Shown here in pieces: positions 1 through 13,294 of a DNA stretch of 64,000 bases. This stretch comes from Escherichia phage UoN_LDJ77_1. Each line of letters starts with the position of its first letter. The first letter of the stretch is position 1. Where the stretch lies: the sequence record OK570375. One strand, given 5' to 3'. The notes below the pieces were generated by a model. That model had not been told where the DNA came from. It was given only the letters and a program-made list of their open reading frames with translations, and made no database searches. The position numbers and the translations under genes were made by a program.

Positions 1-2314
<2,314 letters not shown>

Positions 2315-2342
2315 TATTAAAGCATATTAAAGAGGATTAAAA

Positions 2343-4322
2343 ATGACTTTATTATCTCCGGGCATTGAGCTCAAAGAAACTACGGTTCAAAGCACCGTGG
2401 TTAATAACTCTACTGGTACAGCAGCTTTGGCCGGTAAATTCCAGTGGGGTCCTGCTTTTCAGATTAAACAGGTTACAAATGAAGTAGATTTAGTTAATAC
2501 TTTTGGTCAACCAACCGCTGAAACTGCTGACTATTTTATGTCTGCGATGAATTTCTTGCAGTATGGAAATGACTTACGAGTTGTTCGTGCTGTTGATAGA
2601 GATACCGCTAAAAACTCATCGCCAATTGCTGGTAATATTGAATACACAATTTCTACCCCAGGTAGTAACTATGCAGTTGGAGATAAAATCACGGTCAAAT
2701 ATGTTTCAGATGATATTGAAACTGAAGGTAAAATTACCGAAGTAGACGCAGATGGAAAAATTAAGAAAATTAATATTCCTACTGCAAAAATTATCGCTAA
2801 AGCGAAAGAAGTCGGTGAATACCCAACATTAGGTTCTAACTGGACTGCAGAAATTTCTTCGTCTTCCTCTGGTTTAGCCGCAGTAATAACTCTTGGAAAA
2901 ATTATTACTGATTCTGGTATTTTATTAGCTGAAATTGAAAATGCTGAAGCTGCTATGACAGCGGTTGACTTTCAAGCAAATCTTAAAAAATACGGAATTC
3001 CAGGAGTAGTAGCTCTTTATCCAGGCGAATTAGGCGATAAAATTGAAATTGAAATCGTATCTAAAGCTGACTATGCAAAAGGAGCTTCTGCATTACTGCC
3101 AATTTATCCAGGTGGTGGTACTCGTGCATCTACTGCCAAGGCAGTGTTTGGATATGGACCGCAAACTGATTCACAGTACGCTATTATAGTTCGTCGTAAT
3201 GATGCTATTGTTCAAAGCGTTGTTCTTTCAACTAAGCGTGGTGAAAAAGATATTTACGATAGTAACATCTATATCGATGACTTTTTCGCAAAAGGTGGTT
3301 CAGAATATATTTTTGCAACTGCACAAAACTGGCCAGAAGGCTTCTCTGGAATTTTAACTCTGTCTGGTGGATTATCATCAAATGCTGAAGTAACAGCAGG
3401 AGATTTGATGGAAGCTTGGGACTTCTTTGCTGACCGTGAATCTGTTGACGTTCAACTGTTTATTGCGGGTTCTTGTGCCGGTGAATCTTTAGAAACAGCA
3501 TCTACTGTCCAAAAACACGTCGTTTCAATTGGGGATGCTCGTCAAGATTGCTTAGTATTGTGCTCACCACCACGTGAAACTGTAGTTGGAATTCCTGTAA
3601 CTCGCGCAGTAGATAATTTAGTTAACTGGAGAACTGCGACAGGTTCATACACTGATAATAACTTTAATATCAGTTCAACCTACGCAGCAATTGATGGTAA
3701 CTATAAGTATCAGTATGACAAATATAATGATGTGAATCGTTGGGTTCCATTAGCAGCTGATATTGCTGGTTTATGCGCAAGAACTGATAACGTATCTCAG
3801 ACTTGGATGTCTCCAGCTGGTTATAATCGTGGCCAGATTCTTAACGTTATTAAACTTGCTATTGAAACTCGCCAGGCTCAGCGCGACCGTTTATATCAAG
3901 AAGCTATCAACCCGGTAACTGGTACAGGTGGTGATGGTTACGTATTGTATGGTGATAAAACAGCTACTTCTGTTCCTTCTCCGTTTGATCGTATTAACGT
4001 TCGTCGTCTGTTTAATATGTTGAAAACGAATATCGGACGTAGTTCAAAATATCGTTTGTTCGAATTAAACAACGCGTTTACTCGTTCATCATTCCGCACA
4101 GAAACTGCCCAGTACTTACAGGGAATTAAAGCTCTCGGTGGAATTTATGAATATCGTGTAGTTTGCGATACAACAAATAATACTCCGTCAGTAATTGATA
4201 GAAATGAGTTTGTTGCAACATTCTACATCCAACCGGCGCGCAGTATAAATTATATCCAGCTTAACTTCGTTGCGACTGCTACTGGTGCAGATTTCGATGA
4301 GTTAACTGGTCTTGCAGGTTAA
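2343..4322 (+). CDS. 18: tail sheath protein (gp18)
   Basis: 659-aa ORF, T4 gp18 length; TATAAATA late promoter 29 nt upstream. Confidence 0.95.
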   Translation: MTLLSPGIELKETTVQSTVVNNSTGTAALAGKFQWGPAFQIKQVTNEVDLVNTFGQPTAETADYFMSAMNFLQYGNDLRVVRAVDRDTAKNSSPIAGNIEYTISTPGSNYAVGDKITVKYVSDDIETEGKITEVDADGKIKKINIPTAKIIAKAKEVGEYPTLGSNWTAEISSSSSGLAAVITLGKIITDSGILLAEIENAEAAMTAVDFQANLKKYGIPGVVALYPGELGDKIEIEIVSKADYAKGASALLPIYPGGGTRASTAKAVFGYGPQTDSQYAIIVRRNDAIVQSVVLSTKRGEKDIYDSNIYIDDFFAKGGSEYIFATAQNWPEGFSGILTLSGGLSSNAEVTAGDLMEAWDFFADRESVDVQLFIAGSCAGESLETASTVQKHVVSIGDARQDCLVLCSPPRETVVGIPVTRAVDNLVNWRTATGSYTDNNFNISSTYAAIDGNYKYQYDKYNDVNRWVPLAADIAGLCARTDNVSQTWMSPAGYNRGQILNVIKLAIETRQAQRDRLYQEAINPVTGTGGDGYVLYGDKTATSVPSPFDRINVRRLFNMLKTNIGRSSKYRLFELNNAFTRSSFRTETAQYLQGIKALGGIYEYRVVCDTTNNTPSVIDRNEFVATFYIQPARSINYIQLNFVATATGADFDELTGLAG

Positions 4323-4416
4323 TACGGTGCATTCTAAAGGCCTGTTTCGGCAGGCCATATAAATACACTATATCCTTAATTCTTTAATTCTATATGCCCT
4401 AGGTTAAACATAGGGA

Positions 4417-4424
4417 TATAAATA
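4417..4424 (+). promoter_or_regulatory. late promoter TATAAATA (gene 19); second copy at 4358-4365
   Basis: Exact TATAAATA upstream of gene 19. Confidence 0.65.
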
Positions 4425-4438
4425 CTACAGAGGCTAAT

Positions 4439-4930
4439 ATGTTTGTAGATGATGTAACACGAGCGTTTGAATCTGGTGATTTTGCTCGACCTAACTTATT
4501 CCAAGTAGAAATTTCTTATCTTGGACAAAATTTTACGTTTCAATGTAAAGCCACTGCTTTACCAGCTGGTATTGTAGAAAAAATTCCAGTCGGATTTATG
4601 AACCGTAAAATTAACGTAGCAGGCGATCGTACATTCGATGACTGGACTGTTACAGTAATGAACGATGAGGCACATGATGCTCGCCAGAAGTTTGTTGATT
4701 GGCAAAGCATTGCTGCGGGGCAAGGAAACGAAATTACTGGTGGAAAACCTGCAGAGTATAAAAAGAGCGCTATCGTTCGTCAATATGCTCGTGACGCTAA
4801 AACAGTAACAAAAGAAATTGAAATTAAAGGTCTGTGGCCTACTAACGTGGGTGAACTTCAATTAGATTGGGATTCAAACAATGAAATCCAAACCTTTGAA
4901 GTAACTCTTGCTCTCGATTATTGGGAATAA
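4439..4930 (+). CDS. 19: tail tube protein (gp19)
   Basis: 163-aa ORF following sheath gene; late promoter upstream. Confidence 0.95.
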   Translation: MFVDDVTRAFESGDFARPNLFQVEISYLGQNFTFQCKATALPAGIVEKIPVGFMNRKINVAGDRTFDDWTVTVMNDEAHDARQKFVDWQSIAAGQGNEITGGKPAEYKKSAIVRQYARDAKTVTKEIEIKGLWPTNVGELQLDWDSNNEIQTFEVTLALDYWE

Positions 4931-4962
4931 AATGAATGGGGAGAAATCCCCATCCTGCTTAA

Positions 4963-6587
<1,625 letters not shown>

Positions 6588-6588
<1 letters not shown>

Positions 6589-6827
6589 TGGAAGGTTTAA
6601 TTGAAGCTATTAAATCAAACGACCTCGTAGCCGCTCGTAAATTATTTGCTGAAGCTATGGCTGCAAGAACGACTGATTTAATTAAAGAAGAACAAATCGC
6701 TATCGCTCGTAATTTCTTAATCGAAGGTGAAGAACCTGATGACGAGGATGATGACGAAGACGAAGATAGTGATGATAAAGACGACAAAAAAGACAAAGAC
6801 TCTGACGAAGACGAGGATGATGAATAA
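6588..6827 (+). CDS. 67: prohead core protein (gp67)
   Basis: 79-aa ORF with poly-acidic C-terminus; TAATG overlap with gene 20. Confidence 0.85.
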
Positions 6828-7252
6828 TGCTTCTGATCCCTGAAACTCATGAATTAGTTCTCGAGAATGTCGAAGCACTTATTCCTGAAGCACAGGGTCG
6901 CTTTGACGAATTGTCTTCCGCTTTAAATAAAGACGATATAAATACAATTGTCGAGAATATGCTTGATGATGAAACTGATTTAGCGGTTGCATTAGCTTCT
7001 ATTAATGAAAATATGCCGTTAAATGAATTTATCGTTAAACATGTTTCTGCCCGTGGTGAAATTACTCGCACTAAAGATCGCAAAACCCGCGAACGTAATG
7101 CATTTCAAACTACCGGGTTGTCTAAAGCAAAACGTAGACAAATTGCTCGTAAAGCTACCAAAACGAAGATTGCCAATCCAGCAGGTCAATCTCGTGCTCA
7201 GCGTAAGCGTAAAAAAGCTCTTAAACGCCGTAAAGCATTAGGATTAAGCTAA
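6827..7252 (+). CDS. 68: prohead core protein (gp68)
   Basis: 141-aa ORF with basic C-terminus; position between 67 and 21. Confidence 0.85.
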
Positions 7253-7890
7253 TGAATGAACCCCAATTACTAATTGAAACTTGGGGTCAACCTGGCGAAA
7301 TTATTGATGGCGTACCAATGCTTGAATCTCATGATGGAAAAGACTTAGGTTTAAAACCTGGTTTATACATCGAAGGAATATTCATGCAAGCGGAAGTCGT
7401 CAATAGAAATAAACGTCTTTATCCAAAACGTATATTAGAAAAAGCGGTAAAAGACTATATTAATGAGCAAGTTTTAACTAAACAAGCTCTCGGAGAATTA
7501 AATCATCCTCCACGCGCTAATGTTGACCCGATGCAAGCCGCTATCATTATAGAAGATATGTGGTGGAAAGGAAATGACGTATACGGACGAGCTCGTGTTA
7601 TTGAAGGTGACCATGGTCCTGGAGATAAATTAGCAGCTAATATTCGTGCCGGATGGATTCCAGGAGTTTCTTCTCGTGGATTAGGTTCATTGACTGACAC
7701 AAATAAAGGTTATCGTATCGTAAACGAAGGATTCAAATTAACTGTAGGTGTTGATGCAGTATGGGGTCCAAGTGCTCCAGATGCATGGGTAACTCCTAAG
7801 GAAATTACCGAATCACAGACGGCGGAAGCCGATACAAGTGCCGATGACGCCTATATGGCTCTCGCAGAGGCCATGAAAAAAGCGTTATAA
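7252..7890 (+). CDS. 21: prohead core scaffold/protease (gp21)
   Basis: 212-aa ORF, T4 gp21 length and position. Confidence 0.9.
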   Translation: MNEPQLLIETWGQPGEIIDGVPMLESHDGKDLGLKPGLYIEGIFMQAEVVNRNKRLYPKRILEKAVKDYINEQVLTKQALGELNHPPRANVDPMQAAIIIEDMWWKGNDVYGRARVIEGDHGPGDKLAANIRAGWIPGVSSRGLGSLTDTNKGYRIVNEGFKLTVGVDAVWGPSAPDAWVTPKEITESQTAEADTSADDAYMALAEAMKKAL

Positions 7891-7893
7891 ATA
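7886..7893 (+). promoter_or_regulatory. late promoter TATAAATA (gene 22)
   Basis: Exact motif overlapping gene 21 stop. Confidence 0.7.
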
Positions 7894-7920
7894 TTATTAT
7901 CTAAACAACAGGACTACAAA

Positions 7921-8730
7921 ATGCTTAAAGAACAACTGATTGCCGAAGCGCAGAAAATTGATGCTTCCGTTGCTCTTGATAGTATTTTCGAATCAGTTAA
8001 TATTTCTCCGGAAGCAAAAGAAACTTTCGGCACTGTATTCGAAGCTACCGTCAAGCAGCACGCCGTTAAATTAGCTGAATCTCATATCGCTAAAATTGCT
8101 GAAAAAGCAGAAGAAGAAGTAGAAAAAAATAAAGAAGAAGCCGAAGAAAAAGCTGAGAAGAAAATCGCTGAGCAAGCTTCTAAATTCATTGACCATCTTG
8201 CAAAAGAATGGCTCGCTGAAAATAAATTAGCAGTTGATAAAGGCATCAAAGCCGAACTGTTTGAATCCATGCTTGGTGGATTAAAAGAGCTCTTTGTTGA
8301 ACACAACGTTGTTGTTCCAGAAGAATCAGTTGATATTGTAGCTGAAATGGAAGAAGAGCTGCAAGAACATAAAGAAGAATCAGCTCGTCTGTTCGAAGAA
8401 CTCAATAAGCGTGACGCATATATCAATTATGTGCAGCGTGAAGTGGCATTGAGCGAAAGTACTAAAGATCTGACTGAGTCTCAAAAAGAAAAAGTCTCTG
8501 CTCTGGTCGAAGGTATGGATTATTCAGATGCATTCTCAAGTAAATTGAGTGCAATCGTAGAAATGGTGAAGAAATCTAATAAAGATGAAAGCACTATTAC
8601 TGAGAGTATAAATACTCCTGATACTGAAGCAGCCGGACTGAATTTCGTCACTGAAGCTGTAGAAGATAAAGCTGCACCTGGTGCAGAAGATATTGTAAGT
8701 GTATATGCGAAAGTCGCATCTCGTTTCTAA
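7921..8730 (+). CDS. 22: prohead scaffold protein (gp22)
   Basis: 269-aa E/K-rich coiled-coil ORF; late promoter at 7886. Confidence 0.9.
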   Translation: MLKEQLIAEAQKIDASVALDSIFESVNISPEAKETFGTVFEATVKQHAVKLAESHIAKIAEKAEEEVEKNKEEAEEKAEKKIAEQASKFIDHLAKEWLAENKLAVDKGIKAELFESMLGGLKELFVEHNVVVPEESVDIVAEMEEELQEHKEESARLFEELNKRDAYINYVQREVALSESTKDLTESQKEKVSALVEGMDYSDAFSSKLSAIVEMVKKSNKDESTITESINTPDTEAAGLNFVTEAVEDKAAPGAEDIVSVYAKVASRF

Positions 8731-8748
8731 TTTTAAAGGTTAACACAA

Positions 8749-10314
8749 ATGACTATCAAAACTAAAGCTGAACTTTTGAACAAATGGAAGCCATTACTGG
8801 AAGGTGAAGGTTTACCGGAAATTGCTAATAGCAAACAAGCGATTATCGCTAAAATCTTTGAAAACCAGGAAAAAGATTTCCAGACAGCTCCAGAGTACAA
8901 AGACGAAAAAATCGCTCAGGCGTTCGGTTCTTTCTTAACAGAAGCTGAAATCGGTGGTGACCACGGTTACAACGCTACTAACATCGCTGCTGGTCAGACT
9001 TCTGGCGCAGTAACTCAGATTGGCCCAGCTGTTATGGGTATGGTACGTCGTGCTATTCCTAACCTGATTGCTTTCGATATTTGCGGTGTTCAGCCGATGA
9101 ACAGCCCGACTGGCCAGGTATTCGCACTGCGCGCAGTATATGGTAAAGACCCAATCGCTTCCGGTGCTAAAGAAGCATTCCACCCAATGTATGGTCCAGA
9201 TGCAATGTTCTCTGGTCAGGGTGCTGCTAAGAAATTCGCTGCTTTGAAAGCAAATGATACTCTTGAAGTCGGAACTATTTACACTCACTTCTTCCAGGAA
9301 ACTGGTACAGTATATCTGCAAGCTACAGAAGCTAAACAAATTGATTCTACTGCATCTGACGCAGCTAAATTAGATGCTGAAATTAAGAAACAAATGGAAG
9401 CAGGTGTACTGGTAGAAATCGCTGAAGGTATGGCTACTTCTATCGCTGAACTTCAGGAAGGTTTTAACGGTTCTACCGATAACCCATGGAATGAAATGGG
9501 CTTCCGTATCGATAAGCAAGTTATCGAAGCTAAATCTCGTCAGCTGAAAGCTGCTTACTCTATTGAATTAGCACAAGACCTTCGCGCTGTTCACGGTATG
9601 GATGCTGATGCTGAACTGTCTGGTATTCTGGCTACCGAAATTATGCTGGAAATCAACCGCGAAGTTGTTGATTGGATTAACTACTCCGCTCAGGTTGGTA
9701 AATCTGGTATGACCCTGACTCCGGGTTCTAAAGCTGGTGTATTTGACTTCCAGGACCCAATCGATATTCGTGGTGCTCGCTGGGCAGGTGAATCCTTTAA
9801 AGCTTTGTTGTTCCAGATTGACAAAGAAGCAGTTGAAATTGCTCGTCAGACCGGTCGTGGTGAAGGTAACTTCATTATCGCTTCCCGTAACGTAGTTAAC
9901 GTTCTGGCTTCAGTTGATACCGGCATTTCTTATGCTGCACAAGGTCTGGCTACCGGCTTTAACACTGATACTACCAAGTCAGTATTTGCTGGTGTTCTGG
10001 GTGGTAAATACCGCGTATATATCGACCAGTATGCTAAACAGGATTATTTCACTGTAGGTTATAAAGGTCCTAACGAAATGGATGCTGGTATTTACTATGC
10101 TCCATATGTAGCTCTGACTCCGCTGCGTGGTTCCGATCCGAAGAACTTCCAACCGGTAATGGGATTCAAAACTCGTTACGGTATCGGTATCAACCCATTT
10201 GCAGAATCCGCTGCTCAGGCTCCGGCTTCTCGCATCCAGAGCGGTATGCCTTCTATTCTGAATAGCCTTGGTAAAAACGCTTACTTCCGCCGTGTATATG
10301 TTAAAGGTATCTAA
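8749..10314 (+). CDS. 23: major capsid protein (gp23)
   Basis: 521-aa ORF, T4 gp23 length; strong hairpin terminator downstream. Confidence 0.95.
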   Translation: MTIKTKAELLNKWKPLLEGEGLPEIANSKQAIIAKIFENQEKDFQTAPEYKDEKIAQAFGSFLTEAEIGGDHGYNATNIAAGQTSGAVTQIGPAVMGMVRRAIPNLIAFDICGVQPMNSPTGQVFALRAVYGKDPIASGAKEAFHPMYGPDAMFSGQGAAKKFAALKANDTLEVGTIYTHFFQETGTVYLQATEAKQIDSTASDAAKLDAEIKKQMEAGVLVEIAEGMATSIAELQEGFNGSTDNPWNEMGFRIDKQVIEAKSRQLKAAYSIELAQDLRAVHGMDADAELSGILATEIMLEINREVVDWINYSAQVGKSGMTLTPGSKAGVFDFQDPIDIRGARWAGESFKALLFQIDKEAVEIARQTGRGEGNFIIASRNVVNVLASVDTGISYAAQGLATGFNTDTTKSVFAGVLGGKYRVYIDQYAKQDYFTVGYKGPNEMDAGIYYAPYVALTPLRGSDPKNFQPVMGFKTRYGIGINPFAESAAQAPASRIQSGMPSILNSLGKNAYFRRVYVKGI

Positions 10315-10327
10315 TCTTTGACGATTT

Positions 10328-10350
10328 AAGGGACCTTCGGGTCCCTTTAG
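10328..10350 (+). terminator. intrinsic terminator after gene 23
   Basis: GGGACC-UUCG-GGUCCC hairpin followed by T-run. Confidence 0.75.
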
Positions 10351-10362
10351 TTGTTTTTATGG

Positions 10363-10370
10363 TATAAATA
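10363..10370 (+). promoter_or_regulatory. late promoter TATAAATA (gene 24)
   Basis: Exact motif 28 nt upstream of gene 24. Confidence 0.7.
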
Positions 10371-10397
10371 AATCATATAAACCAAAAGGAAAGCGCA

Positions 10398-11681
10398 ATG
10401 GCTAAAATCAACGAACTTCTGCGCGAATCAACCACAACGAATAGCAACTCAATCGGTCGCCCAAATCTCGTTGCTTTGACTCGCGCTACCACTAAATTAA
10501 TATATTCTGACATTGTAGCAACGCAAAGAACTAATCAACCTGTTGCTGCTTTTTATGGTATCAAATACCTTAACCCAGATAACGAATTTACATTTAAAAC
10601 TGGTGCTACTTATGCTGGCGAAGCTGGATATGTAGACCGAGAACAAATCACAGAATTAACAGAAGAGTCTAAATTAACTCTCAATAAAGGCGATTTATTC
10701 AAATATAATAATATCGTTTATAAAGTATTAGAAGATACACCATTTGCTGATATTGAAGAAAGTGATTTAGAATTAGCTCTTCAGATTGCAATTGTTCTTT
10801 TAAAGGTTCGTCTATTTTCTGATGCTGCAGTAACAAGCAAATTTGAAAGCTCTGATAGTGAAATTGCGGATGCTAGATTCCAGATTAATAAATGGCAAAC
10901 CGCAGTTAAATCTCGCAAACTTAAAACTGGTATCACAGTTGAATTAGCACAAGATTTAGAAGCAAATGGATTCGATGCTCCTAATTTCTTGGAAGATTTG
11001 CTTGCAACCGAAATGGCAGATGAAATCAATAAAGATATTCTGCAGTCTTTGATTACAGTGTCAAAACGTTATAAAGTTACAGGAATTACTGATACTGGAT
11101 TCATTGATTTGAGTTATGCATCTGCACCTGAAGCGGGTCGTTCATTATATCGAATGGTATGTGAAATGGTTTCACATATCCAAAAAGAATCAACTTATAC
11201 AGCAACGTTCTGTGTTGCTTCAGCTCGTGCTGCTGCGATTCTTGCTGCATCAGGTTGGTTAAAACATAAACCAGAAGATGATAAATATCTTTCACAAAAT
11301 GCCTACGGGTTCTTAGCTAATGGTTTACCGCTTTATTGCGATACTAACAGCCCATTAGATTATGTAATCGTTGGTGTAGTAGAAAATATCGGTGAAAAAG
11401 AAATTGTTGGATCAATTTTCTATGCTCCGTATACAGAAGGTCTCGACTTAGATGACCCTGAACATGTAGGTGCATTTAAAGTTGTTGTTGACCCAGAAAG
11501 TTTGCAGCCATCTATCGGTTTATTAGTTAGATATGCTTTATCAGCAAATCCTTACACCGTAGCAAAAGATGAAAAAGAAGCAAGAGTAATTGATGGTGGA
11601 GACATGGATAAAATGGCGGGTCGTTCAGATTTGTCTGTTTTATTAGGTGTTAAGCTACCAAAAATTATCATTGATGAATAA
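10398..11681 (+). CDS. 24: head vertex protein (gp24)
   Basis: 427-aa ORF, gp23 paralog pattern; late promoter at 10363. Confidence 0.9.
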   Translation: MAKINELLRESTTTNSNSIGRPNLVALTRATTKLIYSDIVATQRTNQPVAAFYGIKYLNPDNEFTFKTGATYAGEAGYVDREQITELTEESKLTLNKGDLFKYNNIVYKVLEDTPFADIEESDLELALQIAIVLLKVRLFSDAAVTSKFESSDSEIADARFQINKWQTAVKSRKLKTGITVELAQDLEANGFDAPNFLEDLLATEMADEINKDILQSLITVSKRYKVTGITDTGFIDLSYASAPEAGRSLYRMVCEMVSHIQKESTYTATFCVASARAAAILAASGWLKHKPEDDKYLSQNAYGFLANGLPLYCDTNSPLDYVIVGVVENIGEKEIVGSIFYAPYTEGLDLDDPEHVGAFKVVVDPESLQPSIGLLVRYALSANPYTVAKDEKEARVIDGGDMDKMAGRSDLSVLLGVKLPKIIIDE

Positions 11682-11684
11682 AAC

Positions 11685-11708
11685 AAAGGGACCTTTCGGT
11701 CCCTTTTT
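11685..11708. terminator. bidirectional terminator between gene 24 and rnlB
   Basis: AAAGGGACC-UUUC-GGUCCCUUUUU, A/T runs on both sides. Confidence 0.75.
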
Positions 11709-11710
11709 AT

Positions 11711-12715
11711 TTAACTTACCAATTCAATCCAAGCCGGACGAAGTACATCTTGTACCATTTTAACTAATTCCTTTTTAATCAAAGAAGGATTATCCGCTTG
11801 AGTTAGAGTAATACCTTCACGAGAAGTTTCTTCCAAAATATCTTGAACAGTTAGTCCCATCACCTTTCCAAAATCTTTTGGACCAATTTCGCCAATTTTA
11901 GAAATAACGTTATTTACTCGGTTTAGTGTAACGTAACAAGCTAAAATCCCCACCAATTTGTTATCAGCTTCTGACAGTTCAACTTTAGCTTTAATAGGCT
12001 TATCAGACTTTTTCTTTTCACTAAATTTAGAATTCTTGCATTTGATGGCTACACGATTGCGATTAGGCAGCCAAGAAGGATAACAAGGTTTCAATACATA
12101 TCCTTCAGCGGTAAATACTTCGCCTTTGGCTTCAGCTTTCCAAACACATTTGTTAGCGTCAATTAAACCTGCATTATATACGGTAAAATTATAAGACGGA
12201 ACAACAGAATCCAAATCATTTGGAAGTTTAATAAGATCTTCAAATTTACCACGACCCAAAAGTGGAGCGATTTTAAACCCAAATGAATTACAAAACGATT
12301 CCATCATGTAATCATCAACATAAGTTACATCACCACTTTCGGTAGTGACAATAATGTCAAATACATAAAAATCTTTATCGCCATAATCAACATTCTTCTG
12401 AATGCCAGGTCCAGCGAATTCGCCAAAAACTTGATAAGTCACAACAGCTGAAGTTTCCATAATTTCTTGGACAGCTTTAATAGAATCTTCGTAATTCTTT
12501 AAAATAATTTCATAACCGAAGAAATCTTCAGCAGGAAGAATTGGTCCAGTACGTTTAGCGCAAGTTACTTTATCACGCTCAATAATCAATGAGAAATTTG
12601 TGCCGTGAATCTTTTCACGAGCTACCCATTCGCCGCCAGTCAATCCCAAGCTATAAAGTTTTTCAATAAATTTAGAGTTGTAATGATTTTCAAGACTGCT
12701 ATACTTTTTAAACAT
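11711..12715 (-). CDS. rnlB: RNA ligase 2
   Basis: 334-aa ORF with nucleotidyltransferase motif KIHGTN; position after gene 24 as in T4. Confidence 0.9.
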   Translation of the reverse strand: MFKKYSSLENHYNSKFIEKLYSLGLTGGEWVAREKIHGTNFSLIIERDKVTCAKRTGPILPAEDFFGYEIILKNYEDSIKAVQEIMETSAVVTYQVFGEFAGPGIQKNVDYGDKDFYVFDIIVTTESGDVTYVDDYMMESFCNSFGFKIAPLLGRGKFEDLIKLPNDLDSVVPSYNFTVYNAGLIDANKCVWKAEAKGEVFTAEGYVLKPCYPSWLPNRNRVAIKCKNSKFSEKKKSDKPIKAKVELSEADNKLVGILACYVTLNRVNNVISKIGEIGPKDFGKVMGLTVQDILEETSREGITLTQADNPSLIKKELVKMVQDVLRPAWIELVS

Positions 12716-12724
12716 AATTAATCC

Positions 12725-13003
12725 TCAAAATGTAATTTCTAACCAATCACCATCACGCTGATCACTATTAACTTTAAAGCTGAATCCTTCTTTTCTCAGC
12801 CAATCACCAATTTCTTCAGTAATCAATTTATCGCGAGCAGTACAATAATAATTAAAATGTGTTTTACCTTGTTCAGCTGCTTTATTAGCAAGTTCCGAAA
12901 AATCTTTAATAAAACACTCTAGCTTAAACTGTTTACTTTTGAATGCTTTTTCGCGTAATTGATTAGCAAAAGATTCATTTTCATAAAGATCATACTGTTC
13001 CAT
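12725..13003 (-). CDS. hypothetical protein (24.2-like position)
   Basis: 92-aa ORF in operon with rnlB. Confidence 0.6.
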   Translation of the reverse strand: MEQYDLYENESFANQLREKAFKSKQFKLECFIKDFSELANKAAEQGKTHFNYYCTARDKLITEEIGDWLRKEGFSFKVNSDQRDGDWLEITF

Positions 13004-13205
13004 TTTTCACCTTTTTATTAATATGTCTTTTTCTATAGACAACTTTTTCTCGAGTTTCAAATTTATTCTTAGCAGTCATAGCTCGAGCCCATAATACAGC
13101 CACTTCTTTTGCCTGTAAGTTCAATTCACGAGCAATTTCAATGAATGACTTTCCAGACTCATGGAGAGTAAACACCACAACCTCAGTTCTCATAATCAAT
13201 CTCAT
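12990..13205 (-). CDS. hypothetical small basic protein with helix-turn-helix-like segment (24.3-like position)
   Basis: 71-aa ORF, ATG start, overlaps downstream ORF. Confidence 0.55.
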   Translation of the reverse strand: MRLIMRTEVVVFTLHESGKSFIEIARELNLQAKEVAVLWARAMTAKNKFETREKVVYRKRHINKKVKNGTV

Positions 13206-13273
13206 GTTATCGAGTTGGTGCCATTATATACATCATTTTCTGAGTGTGTTTTGTGTGCTTTCAAAATGAAGAA

Positions 13274-13290
13274 AGGGGCCGAAGCCCCTT
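13274..13290 (-). terminator. terminator after hoc
   Basis: GGGGC-UUCG-GCCCC hairpin on minus strand followed by U-rich tract. Confidence 0.65.
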
Positions 13291-13294
13291 ATGA

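Noticed and set aside
8082-8426. 114-aa Ser/Ala-rich ORF antisense to gene 22
   Set aside because: Antisense of the E/K-rich scaffold gene; no start context or promoter; embedded in a conserved late operon.
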